Source: Acaryochloris marina MBIC11017 | GTDB taxonomy: Bacteria; Cyanobacteriota; Cyanobacteriia; Thermosynechococcales; Thermosynechococcaceae | Direction of reading: 5' to 3' | Assembly: GCF_000018105.1 (NCBI RefSeq) | Contig: NC_009925.1 | Coordinates: 4,110,001 to 4,142,000, forward strand | DNA length: 32,000 nucleotides | Shown here: positions 10,505-19,258 of the stretch, piece by piece | Numbering within the stretch: position 1 is the stretch's first letter | How the letters are laid out: each line of letters starts with the position of its first letter | Made by a program: the position numbers and the translations under genes | The notes under the pieces: model-generated | Database searches by the model: none | What the model saw: only the letters and a program-made list of their open reading frames with translations | What the model was told of the DNA's origin: nothing

Positions 10505-11419
10505 TCACTTTTGTAGAGATTGCAAATAAGACTGGGGGTCATGGGCTACCCATCCCAAGCTGGACCGATATCTCACCTCAAATCTAAGGGCTGTCTGAGG
10601 GGCAGAGGTCACTTCACCAATCAAATGGCCGGGTTGCACCTGTTGCCCCACTTTGACCTGCAAATTTTGGAGCCGACCATAACGAGTTTGTCGACCTTGG
10701 GCATGGCGAATAAACACCTCTTGGCCAGACGAACCCCGTTCCCCGGCAAAAACGACTGTACCGGAGCTGACGGCATAGACCGGGGTGCCGGGCGTTGCCT
10801 GCAAATCGACGCCGCTGTAGAACTGCATTTTGCGGGTCTCTGGATTGACGCGCCAGCCGTAAGTTCCTAATATCGATGCGGGCTGTGGTAACGGATAGCG
10901 ATCGCGTCCCGTTACCGATCGAGGGGATTGGAAGGTGTTGCCCACCGACTGGAGCGGAGCAATCCCTGTGGGGCGAGAGTTGATGCTGGGAGACCAGGTG
11001 ATACCGGGTACAAACGCAACCTTGGGTGAGGTCTGACATCCATTCACTTCAAACAGGACCTCCGAGCTAATGCGGTAGGCCTTTGCCACGGCCTGCAGGG
11101 TCTGGCCGGTAGGTACGGCGACCAAAATGCCGTTATAGGGGGGGACTACTAAGTTCATGCCTACCCTAGCTCGTCCTTGCCTAAGTTTAGGGTTCATACC
11201 CTTGAGAGTGGCGGTGGACAGGCCATATTGCTGGGCGATGCTGGTCAAGGTTTCCCCCGACTTGACGGAATGCCGCACTAACCGAGACAGGACAGACGCA
11301 GGGCAGAGTCGTGAAGGAGAGGGGGCTGACTGAGCATGGGCGACTAGGTGACCACTCGCCACGCTGCCTAAGGTCCAAGGTATGATTGCAAACAGATGGC
11401 AAAAGTTGAATTTGGCCAT
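10505..11419 (-). CDS. LysM-domain M23 family peptidoglycan metallopeptidase, secreted
   Basis: Two LysM-like segments (VKSGETLTSIAQQYGLSTATLKGMNP; PTGQTLQAVAKAYRISSEVLFEVNG). M23 core (GVDLQATPGTPVYAVSSGTVVFAG...IRHAQGRQTRYGRLQNLQVKVGQQVQPGHLIGEV). ATG at 11419 with GGAG upstream and a signal-peptide-like N-terminus; the track start at 11467 is GTG. Confidence 0.85.
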   Translation of the reverse strand: MAKFNFCHLFAIIPWTLGSVASGHLVAHAQSAPSPSRLCPASVLSRLVRHSVKSGETLTSIAQQYGLSTATLKGMNPKLRQGRARVGMNLVVPPYNGILVAVPTGQTLQAVAKAYRISSEVLFEVNGCQTSPKVAFVPGITWSPSINSRPTGIAPLQSVGNTFQSPRSVTGRDRYPLPQPASILGTYGWRVNPETRKMQFYSGVDLQATPGTPVYAVSSGTVVFAGERGSSGQEVFIRHAQGRQTRYGRLQNLQVKVGQQVQPGHLIGEVTSAPQTALRFEVRYRSSLGWVAHDPQSYLQSLQK

Positions 11420-11472
11420 AATACCCAATTGCTCCCAGGTTAGAGTGGAGTAAAGAATCCAGATCACGCTGA

Positions 11473-12660
11473 ATGCGCACTAGTTTTACGATAATGCAGC
11501 GATCCCTTAAACATCTAGTCTTTTCCCTATTGGTAGGAAGTGCGCTGCTCCAGACCGGCTGTCAAAGTTGGTTTAATCGAGGGGGCGACACTGCTGAGAG
11601 TCCCCAAAGTACCCCCGAAATTCCGGCCACAGAAATTGCCAATCGCTCCCAGATTAGTTCTAACTTGATTGTCAAAATGGTGGACCAAGTCGGCCCTTCT
11701 GTGGTGCGTATTAATGCGGCCCGTAGCTCCAAAGGGTCATTCGGTTTGTTTGACCGTCCTGATCGTTCCCTAGAGCAAGGGACGGGGTCTGGGTTTATTT
11801 TTGATGAGACCGGCTTGGTCCTAACAAATGCCCATGTCGTTGAAGATGCAGATGAAGTAACGGTTGTGCTCAAGGACGGCCAGCAGTTTCCCGGCACTGT
11901 CGAGGGAGCTGATCCCCTCACCGACATTGCTGTGATTAAAATAGAGGCCAAGGAGTCTCTGCCTGCCCTTGAACTGGGAGATTCAGATACGTTACAGCCT
12001 GGAGACTGGGCCATTGCCATTGGAAATCCCTTGGGGCTGAACAATACAGTGACCATGGGCATTATTAGCGCCACGGATCGGTCTAGTTCCCAGCTAGGAG
12101 CCCCGGACCAGCGCGTGAACTTTATCCAAACAGATGCTGCGATTAACCCAGGAAATTCAGGGGGACCGTTGCTCAATCTCAAAGGTGAGGTGATTGGGAT
12201 TAATACGGCGATTATTCGCGAGTCCCAGGAGTCAGGGGTCACCGCTCAGGGGCTTGGTTTTGCCATTCCCGTGAAGATTGCTGCTCGCATTAGTAAGCAA
12301 TTATTGAATGATGGGACAGTTGCCCATCCCTATTTGGGAATTCGGATGGTGAGCGTTTCGGCAGAGACGAAGGCGTTGTTACAAGAAGAGCTGGACCTAC
12401 AAGTCGAGCAAGAGAAAGGGGTGCTGGTGGTGGATGTCTTGTCCGATTCGCCAGCGGCAGTGGCTCAGTTAAAGTCTGGCGATGTGATTGTACAAATTGG
12501 CAAAACTCAAATTGATAATACTGAGCAACTGCAGCAGCTCTTACAGTCTGTGACGCCGGGTGATCAGCTCTCCCTCACCATCATGCGGAAGAATCAGAAA
12601 CGCCAAGCCCAACTGGAAGTGGGCACCCTCAAACCTAAAACCTTCTCGCGACGGTCTTAA
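11473..12660 (+). CDS. HtrA/DegP-family serine protease with C-terminal PDZ domain
   Basis: Catalytic triad contexts TNAHVV, DIAVIK and GNSGGPL. PDZ segment (GVLVVDVLSDSPAAVAQLKSGDVIVQIG). N-terminal lipoprotein-like signal (LLQTGC). Confidence 0.9.
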   Translation: MRTSFTIMQRSLKHLVFSLLVGSALLQTGCQSWFNRGGDTAESPQSTPEIPATEIANRSQISSNLIVKMVDQVGPSVVRINAARSSKGSFGLFDRPDRSLEQGTGSGFIFDETGLVLTNAHVVEDADEVTVVLKDGQQFPGTVEGADPLTDIAVIKIEAKESLPALELGDSDTLQPGDWAIAIGNPLGLNNTVTMGIISATDRSSSQLGAPDQRVNFIQTDAAINPGNSGGPLLNLKGEVIGINTAIIRESQESGVTAQGLGFAIPVKIAARISKQLLNDGTVAHPYLGIRMVSVSAETKALLQEELDLQVEQEKGVLVVDVLSDSPAAVAQLKSGDVIVQIGKTQIDNTEQLQQLLQSVTPGDQLSLTIMRKNQKRQAQLEVGTLKPKTFSRRS

Positions 12661-12671
12661 GCACTGAGGCG

Positions 12672-14900
12672 ATGGATTTATTTGAGCAGCATCGTCAACA
12701 GCTTTTAGAAACGGAGGCTCCCCTGGCTGCACGGTTACGTCCCCGCACTTTGGATGAGTTTGTGGGCCAGGATGAGATTGTTGGCCCAGGACGATTATTG
12801 CGGCGTGCAATCCAGGCGGATCAACTTTCTTCTCTGATTTTCTATGGCCCTCCGGGCACGGGCAAAACCACCCTGGCCCAGATTATTGCCAATACCACCC
12901 AAGCCCATTTTCTGGCCCTGAATGCGGTCTTAGCTGGCATCAAAGATATTCGCTCATCCGTGGATGAAGCCCAGGACCGACGGGGGCAATATGGTCAACG
13001 CACGATTTTGTTTGTGGATGAAGTGCATCGGTTCAATAAAGCCCAGCAAGATGCCTTGCTGCCCTGGGTGGAGAATGGCACGGTGATTTTAATTGGGGCG
13101 ACCACCGAAAATCCCTATTTTGAGGTCAACAAAGCCCTGGTGAGCCGATCTCGAATTTTTCAGTTGCGATCCCTGATGCCAGACGACCTTCGGCAGGTGC
13201 TAGAGCGGGCCTTGCAGGATAAATATTTTGGCTATGGTGATACGGCCATTGAGTTGGAAGGAGCCGCAACGGAGCACCTGATTAATGTGGCGAATGGGGA
13301 TGCCAGAGCGTTGCTGAATGCTTTAGAGCTGGCGATTGAAACCACCGAGCCCGATGACCAGGGTGTGATTCCCATTACCTTGGCTGTCGCGGAAGCCTCT
13401 ATCCAACGGCGGGCAGTTCTCTATGACAAAGAGGGTGATGCCCATTTTGATACGATCAGCGCCTTTATCAAAAGTATGCGGGGGTCAGACCCCGATGCGG
13501 CCCTTTACTGGTTAGCCCGTATGGTCTATGCCGGAGAAGATCCGCGCTTTATCTTTCGTCGGATGATCATTTTAGCCAGTGAGGATGTGGGGTTGGCGGA
13601 TCCGCAAGCCGTCGGTGTGGTGATGGCTTGTGCTCAAGCCTTTGATCGCATTGGGTTACCTGAGGGGCAATATCCTTTGGCCCAGGCAGCCCTTTATTTA
13701 TCGACTGCTCCCAAGTCCAATAGCGCTTTGGCCTATTTCGATGCCTTGGCCTCGGTTGAGAAGGAACGGGAGGGGGATGTTCCTAATCCCCTTAGGGATA
13801 AAAGTCGTGACAAACATGCCTTTGGCCATGGCGCTAACTATAAATATCCCCATGCTTATCGCGATCACTGGGTTGCCCAACAATATTTACCGGACAGTCT
13901 TCAAGGACAGGTCTTTTACCAACCGTCCGATCAAGGAGCTGAAGCGGCGATTCAAACCCAGATTGCGCGTCAGCGGGAAGCCCAACTCTCTGGAATTTCG
14001 GAGACGAGTACCCAAGAGACGGTCAGTTATGGCCCGAAAGATTCGAAGCGGGAACGGTGGTTACAGCGCACTATGAGTCAAACGGGCGATCATGCGGCTT
14101 GGGTACGCGATCGCATTTTCAGTTTCACTCAAATTCAACGTCATCATGTGGTTCTGGAGGTCTGCAGCCAAACGGGGCTACTCACCTGGGAAGCGTTACG
14201 ACGGACTCCGGAAGGCAGTGTCTATACCCACGTTTCCTCAGATAAAGTCGCTCAGACCCTGGAAGCGCAAGTGAAGGCCCTTTCAGCCTTGCAACGGCCT
14301 ATTTGTGTCGCAGGGTCGAGTTCTGACCTTAAAACTCTGATCTATGACCATACACCCGATCTGCAGTTTGATTGGATTCTAGGTCGGAATACCTTTGCGA
14401 ATCAGATGCATCAACTGGATCGGCCAGCCGCTGAAAACCTGGCCCAACAGCTGATCAGCCTTCTGAGGCCGGAGGGGCAGATCGTTCTAGCGGAAACGAT
14501 TCCCAAATATGGGCAACGGATCTGTGACTTGGTGAAGGCAGAGGATGTAGGTCAGGCGTTGTATCAGCGTTGGCAAACGGCTGAAGCCGCCTTATATCAA
14601 GGTGATACGGGCGATACGCAACTCACTTGGGATGAATCTGATCTACAAACTGCATTTGCTGATCAACCGATCACAATAGACTTAGAACAAACTGACATGA
14701 GCCTATATGTCACTCCTAAGTTGATTGAACGGTGGTTTGCGACAAGTGGTGATCGCCTTTCTTATGGAAAGCGTCTAGGGCAGCATTGTTCAGCGACAGA
14801 TGTGAAACAGATTCAAGCACTGTTGACTCAGAAGTTATTGCACCAAACCATTCAGTGGCAAACTACTCTTGCATTTGTCCATGTCCGCTGTGCTAAATAA
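12672..14900 (+). CDS. rarA: RarA/MgsA-type AAA+ ATPase fused to a C-terminal methyltransferase-fold-like domain of about 270 aa (742 aa in total)
   Basis: Walker [10 protein letters not shown], Walker [12 protein letters not shown], and the MgsA C-terminal region ([23 protein letters not shown]...). The extra C-terminal domain has degenerate SAM-MTase-like motifs: VLEVCSQTG (about 14144-14176), [10 protein letters not shown] and [16 protein letters not shown] precedes the ATG at 12672. Confidence 0.85.
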   Translation: MDLFEQHRQQLLETEAPLAARLRPRTLDEFVGQDEIVGPGRLLRRAIQADQLSSLIFYGPPGTGKTTLAQIIANTTQAHFLALNAVLAGIKDIRSSVDEAQDRRGQYGQRTILFVDEVHRFNKAQQDALLPWVENGTVILIGATTENPYFEVNKALVSRSRIFQLRSLMPDDLRQVLERALQDKYFGYGDTAIELEGAATEHLINVANGDARALLNALELAIETTEPDDQGVIPITLAVAEASIQRRAVLYDKEGDAHFDTISAFIKSMRGSDPDAALYWLARMVYAGEDPRFIFRRMIILASEDVGLADPQAVGVVMACAQAFDRIGLPEGQYPLAQAALYLSTAPKSNSALAYFDALASVEKEREGDVPNPLRDKSRDKHAFGHGANYKYPHAYRDHWVAQQYLPDSLQGQVFYQPSDQGAEAAIQTQIARQREAQLSGISETSTQETVSYGPKDSKRERWLQRTMSQTGDHAAWVRDRIFSFTQIQRHHVVLEVCSQTGLLTWEALRRTPEGSVYTHVSSDKVAQTLEAQVKALSALQRPICVAGSSSDLKTLIYDHTPDLQFDWILGRNTFANQMHQLDRPAAENLAQQLISLLRPEGQIVLAETIPKYGQRICDLVKAEDVGQALYQRWQTAEAALYQGDTGDTQLTWDESDLQTAFADQPITIDLEQTDMSLYVTPKLIERWFATSGDRLSYGKRLGQHCSATDVKQIQALLTQKLLHQTIQWQTTLAFVHVRCAK

Positions 14901-14930
14901 GTACAGCAAATGATACTGATCTTGGCACCC

Positions 14931-15761
14931 TTACAACTGGCTACATTTTTTAACTGCTTTGTTAAGGTCATAATCATCAGGGTTAGCTGCTAGTAATTCT
15001 TCCAGATGCACCAGATATTGGGGCTGTGGAAATTCTACGGCAGCTTCAATCACTAGAACATCGACGGATGGTAGTGCTAATTCCTTGAGCACTACAGGGA
15101 TAACGCGGGTATCTTGGCGTTTAGCAAGGCCTATAACCGCCTCTCCTCGGATTTCATCATCAGGATCCGATAAACCTTGAAACAGAACCTCGCGAACTTG
15201 GGGAGAATCTGCATCACTTAAGTTGCCCAAACCAAACAATGCCCAATTGCGCACATCATAGCCATCGTCCTGAGCTAATCGACACATCATTGCGACTGCA
15301 AGCTCAGAGCGATCGCACTGAGGACCGCCTGAAGCATAGGCCACTGAGAAACGGACATCTGCAGAATCGTGATTGGCAAATGCCATCAGTTCACTGCTTT
15401 CCCATAAGAAATCATAGGATGCATGGTGACCCAAAGCATTGATAGCACTGCAAAGAACTTCTGTTTCAGGATCGTGGAGCAGTGACAACAGAATTGGCAG
15501 TGCAGCGTCGCCAAAAGGATAGGGTGAGTGGCGATCTGCACATCCAAGTTGTGATAAGACGGCAGCCCCCAATGCTCTCATACAGGATTCAGAGCTTTTA
15601 CACCATTCCACAGCAGTATCAAAAATCTGAGGGTCTGAACGGAGATGAAGAGCATAAAGAATATCCCCATACAGATCACTTTCATCATCGACCGAACGAG
15701 CGCATTGTTCTGCTTGAGAAAGTAGTTGGTCTGTCGGTAAGGTTTTGAGAGAATCGTTCAT
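14931..15761 (-). CDS. HEAT-repeat protein (276 aa), YibA-like
   Basis: Repeated HEAT units (LLSLLHDPETEVLCSAINALG; DSADVRFSVAYA; DGYDVRNWALFGLGNL; GLSDPDDEIRGEAVIGLAKRQDTRVIPVVLKEL). From memory, the C-terminal half is collinear with E. coli YibA (DVRNWAAFA...EEVRIEAIIGL...R.DKRV). This is unverified. Confidence 0.75.
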   Translation of the reverse strand: MNDSLKTLPTDQLLSQAEQCARSVDDESDLYGDILYALHLRSDPQIFDTAVEWCKSSESCMRALGAAVLSQLGCADRHSPYPFGDAALPILLSLLHDPETEVLCSAINALGHHASYDFLWESSELMAFANHDSADVRFSVAYASGGPQCDRSELAVAMMCRLAQDDGYDVRNWALFGLGNLSDADSPQVREVLFQGLSDPDDEIRGEAVIGLAKRQDTRVIPVVLKELALPSVDVLVIEAAVEFPQPQYLVHLEELLAANPDDYDLNKAVKKCSQL

Positions 15762-15790
15762 TAGATCAAGATTTTTTGATTGAGATAATA

Positions 15791-15798
15791 CCTACAGA
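15791..15798. repeat. 8-bp target-site duplication CCTACAGA, left copy, of the IS4-family element
   Basis: An identical octamer lies at 18638-18645, immediately outside the perfect 19-bp terminal inverted repeats. Confidence 0.85.
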
Positions 15799-15822
15799 TC
15801 AATGGCACTGACTTAAGCTCAA

Positions 15823-16033
15823 TCAAACAGCTAGCTTAGCTTTGAGAGCAGAGCGAGGTTGTCGCATTCGCGGGAAAGATTTGGGTCTGCGTTTGACGAC
15901 TCTCGGTTCGTGCCGATTCGGTCGAGAGGGTAATAGATCGGCTGCCATGGTCTCAAGTAGATGAGTAAACAACCGCTTTCTGGTCGCACGGTTGGCTGTC
16001 GCCAACAAAGCAAGCATCTGATTGAAGTGTTGT
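15823..16033 (-). pseudogene. IS4-family transposase, C-terminal fragment
   Basis: It encodes ...FNQMLALLATANRATRKRLFTHLLETMAADLLPSRPNRHEPRVVKRRPKSFPRMRQPRSALKAKLAV. The RPxRxEPRxVKRRPK tail is typical of IS4-group transposases. It is exactly in frame with the 17388-18544 fragment once 16034-17387 is removed. Confidence 0.85.
16027..16033. repeat. Direct repeat GTGTTGT, left copy, flanking the IS256-family element (target-site duplication)
   Basis: An identical heptamer lies at 17381-17387, directly abutting the other IS end. IS256-type elements usually give 8-9 bp, so the boundary may be off by 1 nt. Confidence 0.7.
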
Positions 16034-17380
16034 GGGACTGTTCAGAGTTTTGTGTAAGCGGTCTAGGATCCAAACACATCAGGAGACCGTACGATGTCTA
16101 GAAAGAAAAAAGCTCCCAATCGAGTCGATGAACTGTTAGATGAACTCATCGGAGAGAACCCTCAACCGGAAGATATTCTGGGCGAATCAGGACTGCTTAA
16201 ACGACTCAGCAAACGCCTAGTGGAACGAGCCCTTGCAGGTGAATTGACTCATCACCTGCAGCAATCCTCCAACGATCAGTCAGGTGATGAGAATTCTAAT
16301 GGCCCCAGAAATAGTCGCAATGGTTACTCGAAAAAGACCGTCCAGTCTGAACAAGGAGAGATGGACCTATCGATTCCTCGTGACCGTTGCGGCGAGTTTG
16401 AGCCTGTCCTGGTGCCTAAAGGCCAGCGACGCATCGCAGGGCTCGATGAGAAAATCATCGCCTTATATGCTCGGGGCATGACCACCCGTGATATTCGAGC
16501 CCAATTGGTGGAGCTGTATGGGGCCAATATCTCTGAAGCTCTGATTAGTGACGTCACCAATAGCGTCATGGAAGAGGTCAAAGACTGGCGTTCAAGGCCG
16601 CTGGATGAGGTGTATCCGATTGTCTATCTTGATGCGCTGTATGTGAACATCAAAGTCAATGGTCAAGTCAGCAAGCGAGCTGTCTATGTCGCTTTGGCAG
16701 TGACTGTGGAGGGCAACAAGGAACTGTTGGGATTATGGATAGGAGCCGCTGAACGAGAGGGAGCAAAATTCTGGCTTTCGGTGCTCACAGACCTTAAAAA
16801 TCGAGGAACTCAGGATATCTTGATTGCTTGCTGTGATGGACTCAAAGGTTTTCCTCAAGCGATTGAGTCGGTCTACCCTCAGACCCAGGTGCAGGTTTGT
16901 ATTGTCCATCTTATTCGTAATAGCCTTCGCCATGTGCCGTGGAAGGAAAGTCGAGCCGTAGCTGCAGACCTCAAGCCCATTTACCAAGCGGCCACTTTGG
17001 AAGAGTCTGAGGCTGCGTTGGATGCATTTGCCCATAAATGGGACGAGACGTATCCTGGCATTAGCCAAATCTGGATACGACATTGGGATAATGTTGCCCC
17101 GTTGTTTCAATACCCAATGGCCATCCGTAAGGTTATCTACACCACCAATGCCATTGAGTCGCTCAACCGCTCACTGAGAAAGGTGATTAAGACCAAAGCG
17201 GTTTTCCCTAATGAAGAGTCTGTCTACAAATTGATGTTTCTAGCGATGAGGAATATTTCGAAGCGATGGACCAGACCAATTCTGAATTGGAAGGCGGCGC
17301 TGTCCCATTTTGCTATTCTGTTCCCAACACGATTCAACTATTGAATACACTGCTGCTTACACAAAAATCTAAACACTCTC
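16034..17380 (+). mobile_element. IS256-family insertion sequence (about 1347 bp), apparently intact
   Basis: Imperfect terminal inverted repeats match at 23 of 28 positions: GGGACTGTTCAGAGTTTTGTGTAAGCGG at 16034-16061 against the reverse complement of 17353-17380. There is a single full-length transposase ORF and a flanking 7-bp direct repeat. Confidence 0.85.
16094..17344 (+). CDS. IS256-family (Mutator-type) DDE transposase, 416 aa
   Basis: Typical family blocks: LLDELIGENPQPEDILGESGLLKRL, RNGYSKKTV, VPKGQRR, IIALYARGMTTRDI, YPIVYLDALYV, QVCIVHLIRNSL and IYTTNAIESLNRSLRKVIKT. AGGAGA SD at 16081-16086. Confidence 0.93.
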   Translation: MSRKKKAPNRVDELLDELIGENPQPEDILGESGLLKRLSKRLVERALAGELTHHLQQSSNDQSGDENSNGPRNSRNGYSKKTVQSEQGEMDLSIPRDRCGEFEPVLVPKGQRRIAGLDEKIIALYARGMTTRDIRAQLVELYGANISEALISDVTNSVMEEVKDWRSRPLDEVYPIVYLDALYVNIKVNGQVSKRAVYVALAVTVEGNKELLGLWIGAAEREGAKFWLSVLTDLKNRGTQDILIACCDGLKGFPQAIESVYPQTQVQVCIVHLIRNSLRHVPWKESRAVAADLKPIYQAATLEESEAALDAFAHKWDETYPGISQIWIRHWDNVAPLFQYPMAIRKVIYTTNAIESLNRSLRKVIKTKAVFPNEESVYKLMFLAMRNISKRWTRPILNWKAALSHFAILFPTRFNY

Positions 17381-18544
17381 GTGTTGTCGTGCTCCTTGCA
17401 CAGACAGTTGAGTTCTAGCATTATCTGCTAGCGGTGCCGCAAGTTCCATGAGACTTCTGAGTAGGTTATAGCCCAACAAATGTACCCAAATGTCCTTGCG
17501 CACCATATCCGGAGTTTTGGCACTGAGCATCTCCATTTTTAAGGTGGTTTTGAGATGGCGCAGATTGACTTCCGCCACTGGCCAACGCCAGCCATACAAG
17601 CGAGTCAGTTGCCCAGCGCTGTAGCGTTGAGCATCCAGCAGCGTCGTCACCACAATAATGTGCTGGTCGCGAAAGCCCTTAAGGGATAAGCGCAAACACA
17701 CCTCTCTAACGACCAATGTTTGAGGAATCAGGGCAAAATCTTGCTCACTCATGTGCTCAGGCCGTTGGGCTGGCTTATGCCATGTCACCTGATGATCACC
17801 AATGCCATGCTTGTTGCCTTTGCGGAAATCAGTCTTGCGAGCATGATGTTTACGCAACACTCCATCAGCCCTGTGTTGTTGAATGATGGCTAGATCAACA
17901 TAGCTGCCATAAGCTTGGTCCGCCATGACCACATCACCGACCTCAAGGTCTTGATAGAGCAAACGACTCATGACAATTTCACTGGTGTCCCAGGAGGCAA
18001 TACAAGCTGACGCCACTGCACCGGTAACCAAACAGAAGAACACTACCAAGCGAGCGATGGGAAAACCACAGCCTGCTGTTTGATTGCCATGTTGTGGATA
18101 TGATGCTTGGTTGGCCGCACTATCAGCCATCAACACGGTGGTTCCGTCGTAGACCTTGACGGGCCGACCACACCAGAGGTGCTCTGGGGAGAGGGGTTGC
18201 GCTAAGCACTCAGCGCTTTCGGGAATTAAACGTTGCAACAGTGACTCTGGAAAGCGACTTCTGGCTTTGCTGTAGGCTCCGGTATCAGATGAGGGCGGTT
18301 GGATGCCAGCCGCTGTGAGCCAAGTCGTGATGCATTTGACTGTGTTACGAAGGCTTTTATCGGCTGATAGCACTTGGTAAAGCATGGCCCACAGCGTAAC
18401 GATGGGGCTATATATCCGGTTGCGATAGGAGAATGCTTCTTCTTTCAGGAGTTCCTCTAACCTTGAGGCTAGAAGGATATCTGTCCACGGTAAACCCAGG
18501 CTTTGGGAAAATTGCTGCTTGAGAATTTCGGCTGACTCAGACAT
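17369..18544 (-). pseudogene. IS4-family DDE transposase, N-terminal fragment, truncated by the IS256-family insertion
   Basis: DDE_Tnp_1-like sequence (VYDGTTVLMADS...VVMADQAYGSY...RWPVAEVNLRHLKTTLKMEMLSAKTPDMVRKDIWVHLLGYNLLR). The last three codons and the stop (ESV*) are read from the IS256-family terminus. The likely ATG is at 18544; the track start at 18595 is TTG. Confidence 0.88.
17381..17387. repeat. Direct repeat GTGTTGT, right copy, flanking the IS256-family element
   Basis: Identical to 16027-16033. Confidence 0.7.
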
Positions 18545-18570
18545 AGTGAAAGGCAGAAGTTTATGGCGTG

Positions 18571-18601
18571 CAAGTCTTGATCCTATATCTATCAAGACTT
18601 G
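18571..18601 (-). promoter_or_regulatory. 11-bp-stem hairpin inside the IS4-family end, upstream of the transposase start
   Basis: CAAGTCTTGAT (18571-18581) and ATCAAGACTTG (18591-18601) are perfect complements separated by a 9-nt loop. The position fits a read-through or translation attenuator, as described for several IS families. Function is inferred only. Confidence 0.35.
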
Positions 18602-18637
18602 TAGCCTTTTCCTGACTTCTTAAGTCAGTGCCATTGA

Positions 18638-18645
18638 CCTACAGA
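18638..18645. repeat. 8-bp target-site duplication CCTACAGA, right copy, of the IS4-family element
   Basis: Identical to 15791-15798. It contains the TAG stop codon of the 144-aa ORF. Confidence 0.85.
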
Positions 18646-19073
18646 TAGGGCTTGATTTCCCATAGCCTGATCTCGGCGGCTGCTCCATCCACAAGAATGC
18701 GTGTTTGTTGCCCAGCAATCCCAAACTCAAACTGGAGACCATCATCATATCCACGATTATTTGTGAGCTGCCACACAGAGAAAAGCTGCATCCCTAGAAT
18801 TGCTTTCCACGGTTTTTGCTGCGATATATCTATCCTGAAATGAGGTGCAAACTGGAAACCGTTTGAAATATAAACTTCATCAGTCTCACCCTCACAGACT
18901 ATGCCGACCTGGTAGTCCCCAAAGAATAAGACTAGGGCTTCCAAATTTTCTCCCCCCAGCAAATCATTAGAGGTATAAGAACTTTTGGCTTTGCAGCGTT
19001 CGACGCTTTGCAAGATAAGTGGTACGTCACCCTCTAGCAAATGTACTAAGCCCTCATAACTGGAACAGAACAT
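18639..19073 (-). CDS. Hypothetical protein (144 aa), no recognised family
   Basis: ATG start and a clean ORF with a beta-rich, acidic composition and no signal peptide or TM segment. Before the IS insertion it lay 30 nt upstream of the 276-aa HEAT-repeat gene on the same strand. Confidence 0.6.
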   Translation of the reverse strand: MFCSSYEGLVHLLEGDVPLILQSVERCKAKSSYTSNDLLGGENLEALVLFFGDYQVGIVCEGETDEVYISNGFQFAPHFRIDISQQKPWKAILGMQLFSVWQLTNNRGYDDGLQFEFGIAGQQTRILVDGAAAEIRLWEIKPYL

Positions 19074-19258
19074 ATGAGTCTTCTTTCAGAAGGCAGACCA
19101 TACAATCTCAGTATGTTTGGGATGACAGATGAATGGAATAGAGCAATAAGGGATATTGACATCCCGCAGGTGATATTTCAGGTATCAGCAAGATGAGGGT
19201 TTTCCGGTGCAAGACAAGTCAACACTGTATTAGACAAGTGATATTCTTCTGAATTTAC

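Larger units (their letters stand above)
15799..18637 (-). mobile_element. IS4-family insertion sequence (2839 bp including the nested IS256-family element; about 1.49 kb without it), inactivated
   Basis: Perfect 19-bp terminal inverted repeats: TCAATGGCACTGACTTAAG at 15799-15817 and its reverse complement at 18619-18637. It is flanked by the 8-bp direct repeat CCTACAGA. It contains a DDE transposase gene split into two pieces by the IS256-family insertion. Confidence 0.88.

Noticed and set aside
11562-12242. 226-aa ORF antisense to the HtrA protease gene; also smaller antisense or alternative-frame ORFs at 10520-11039, 8654-9010, 9304-9793 and 13630-14076
   Set aside because: Each is embedded in a gene with clear catalytic motifs on the other strand or frame. 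They are shadow ORFs, which are common at this GC content.
16034-17387. An 8-bp rather than 7-bp target duplication for the IS256-family element
   Set aside because: Extending the repeat by one base on either side introduces a mismatch (GTGTTGTG versus GTGTTGTC; AGTGTTGT versus CGTGTTGT). Only the 7-bp core is reported, with a boundary uncertainty of 1 nt.
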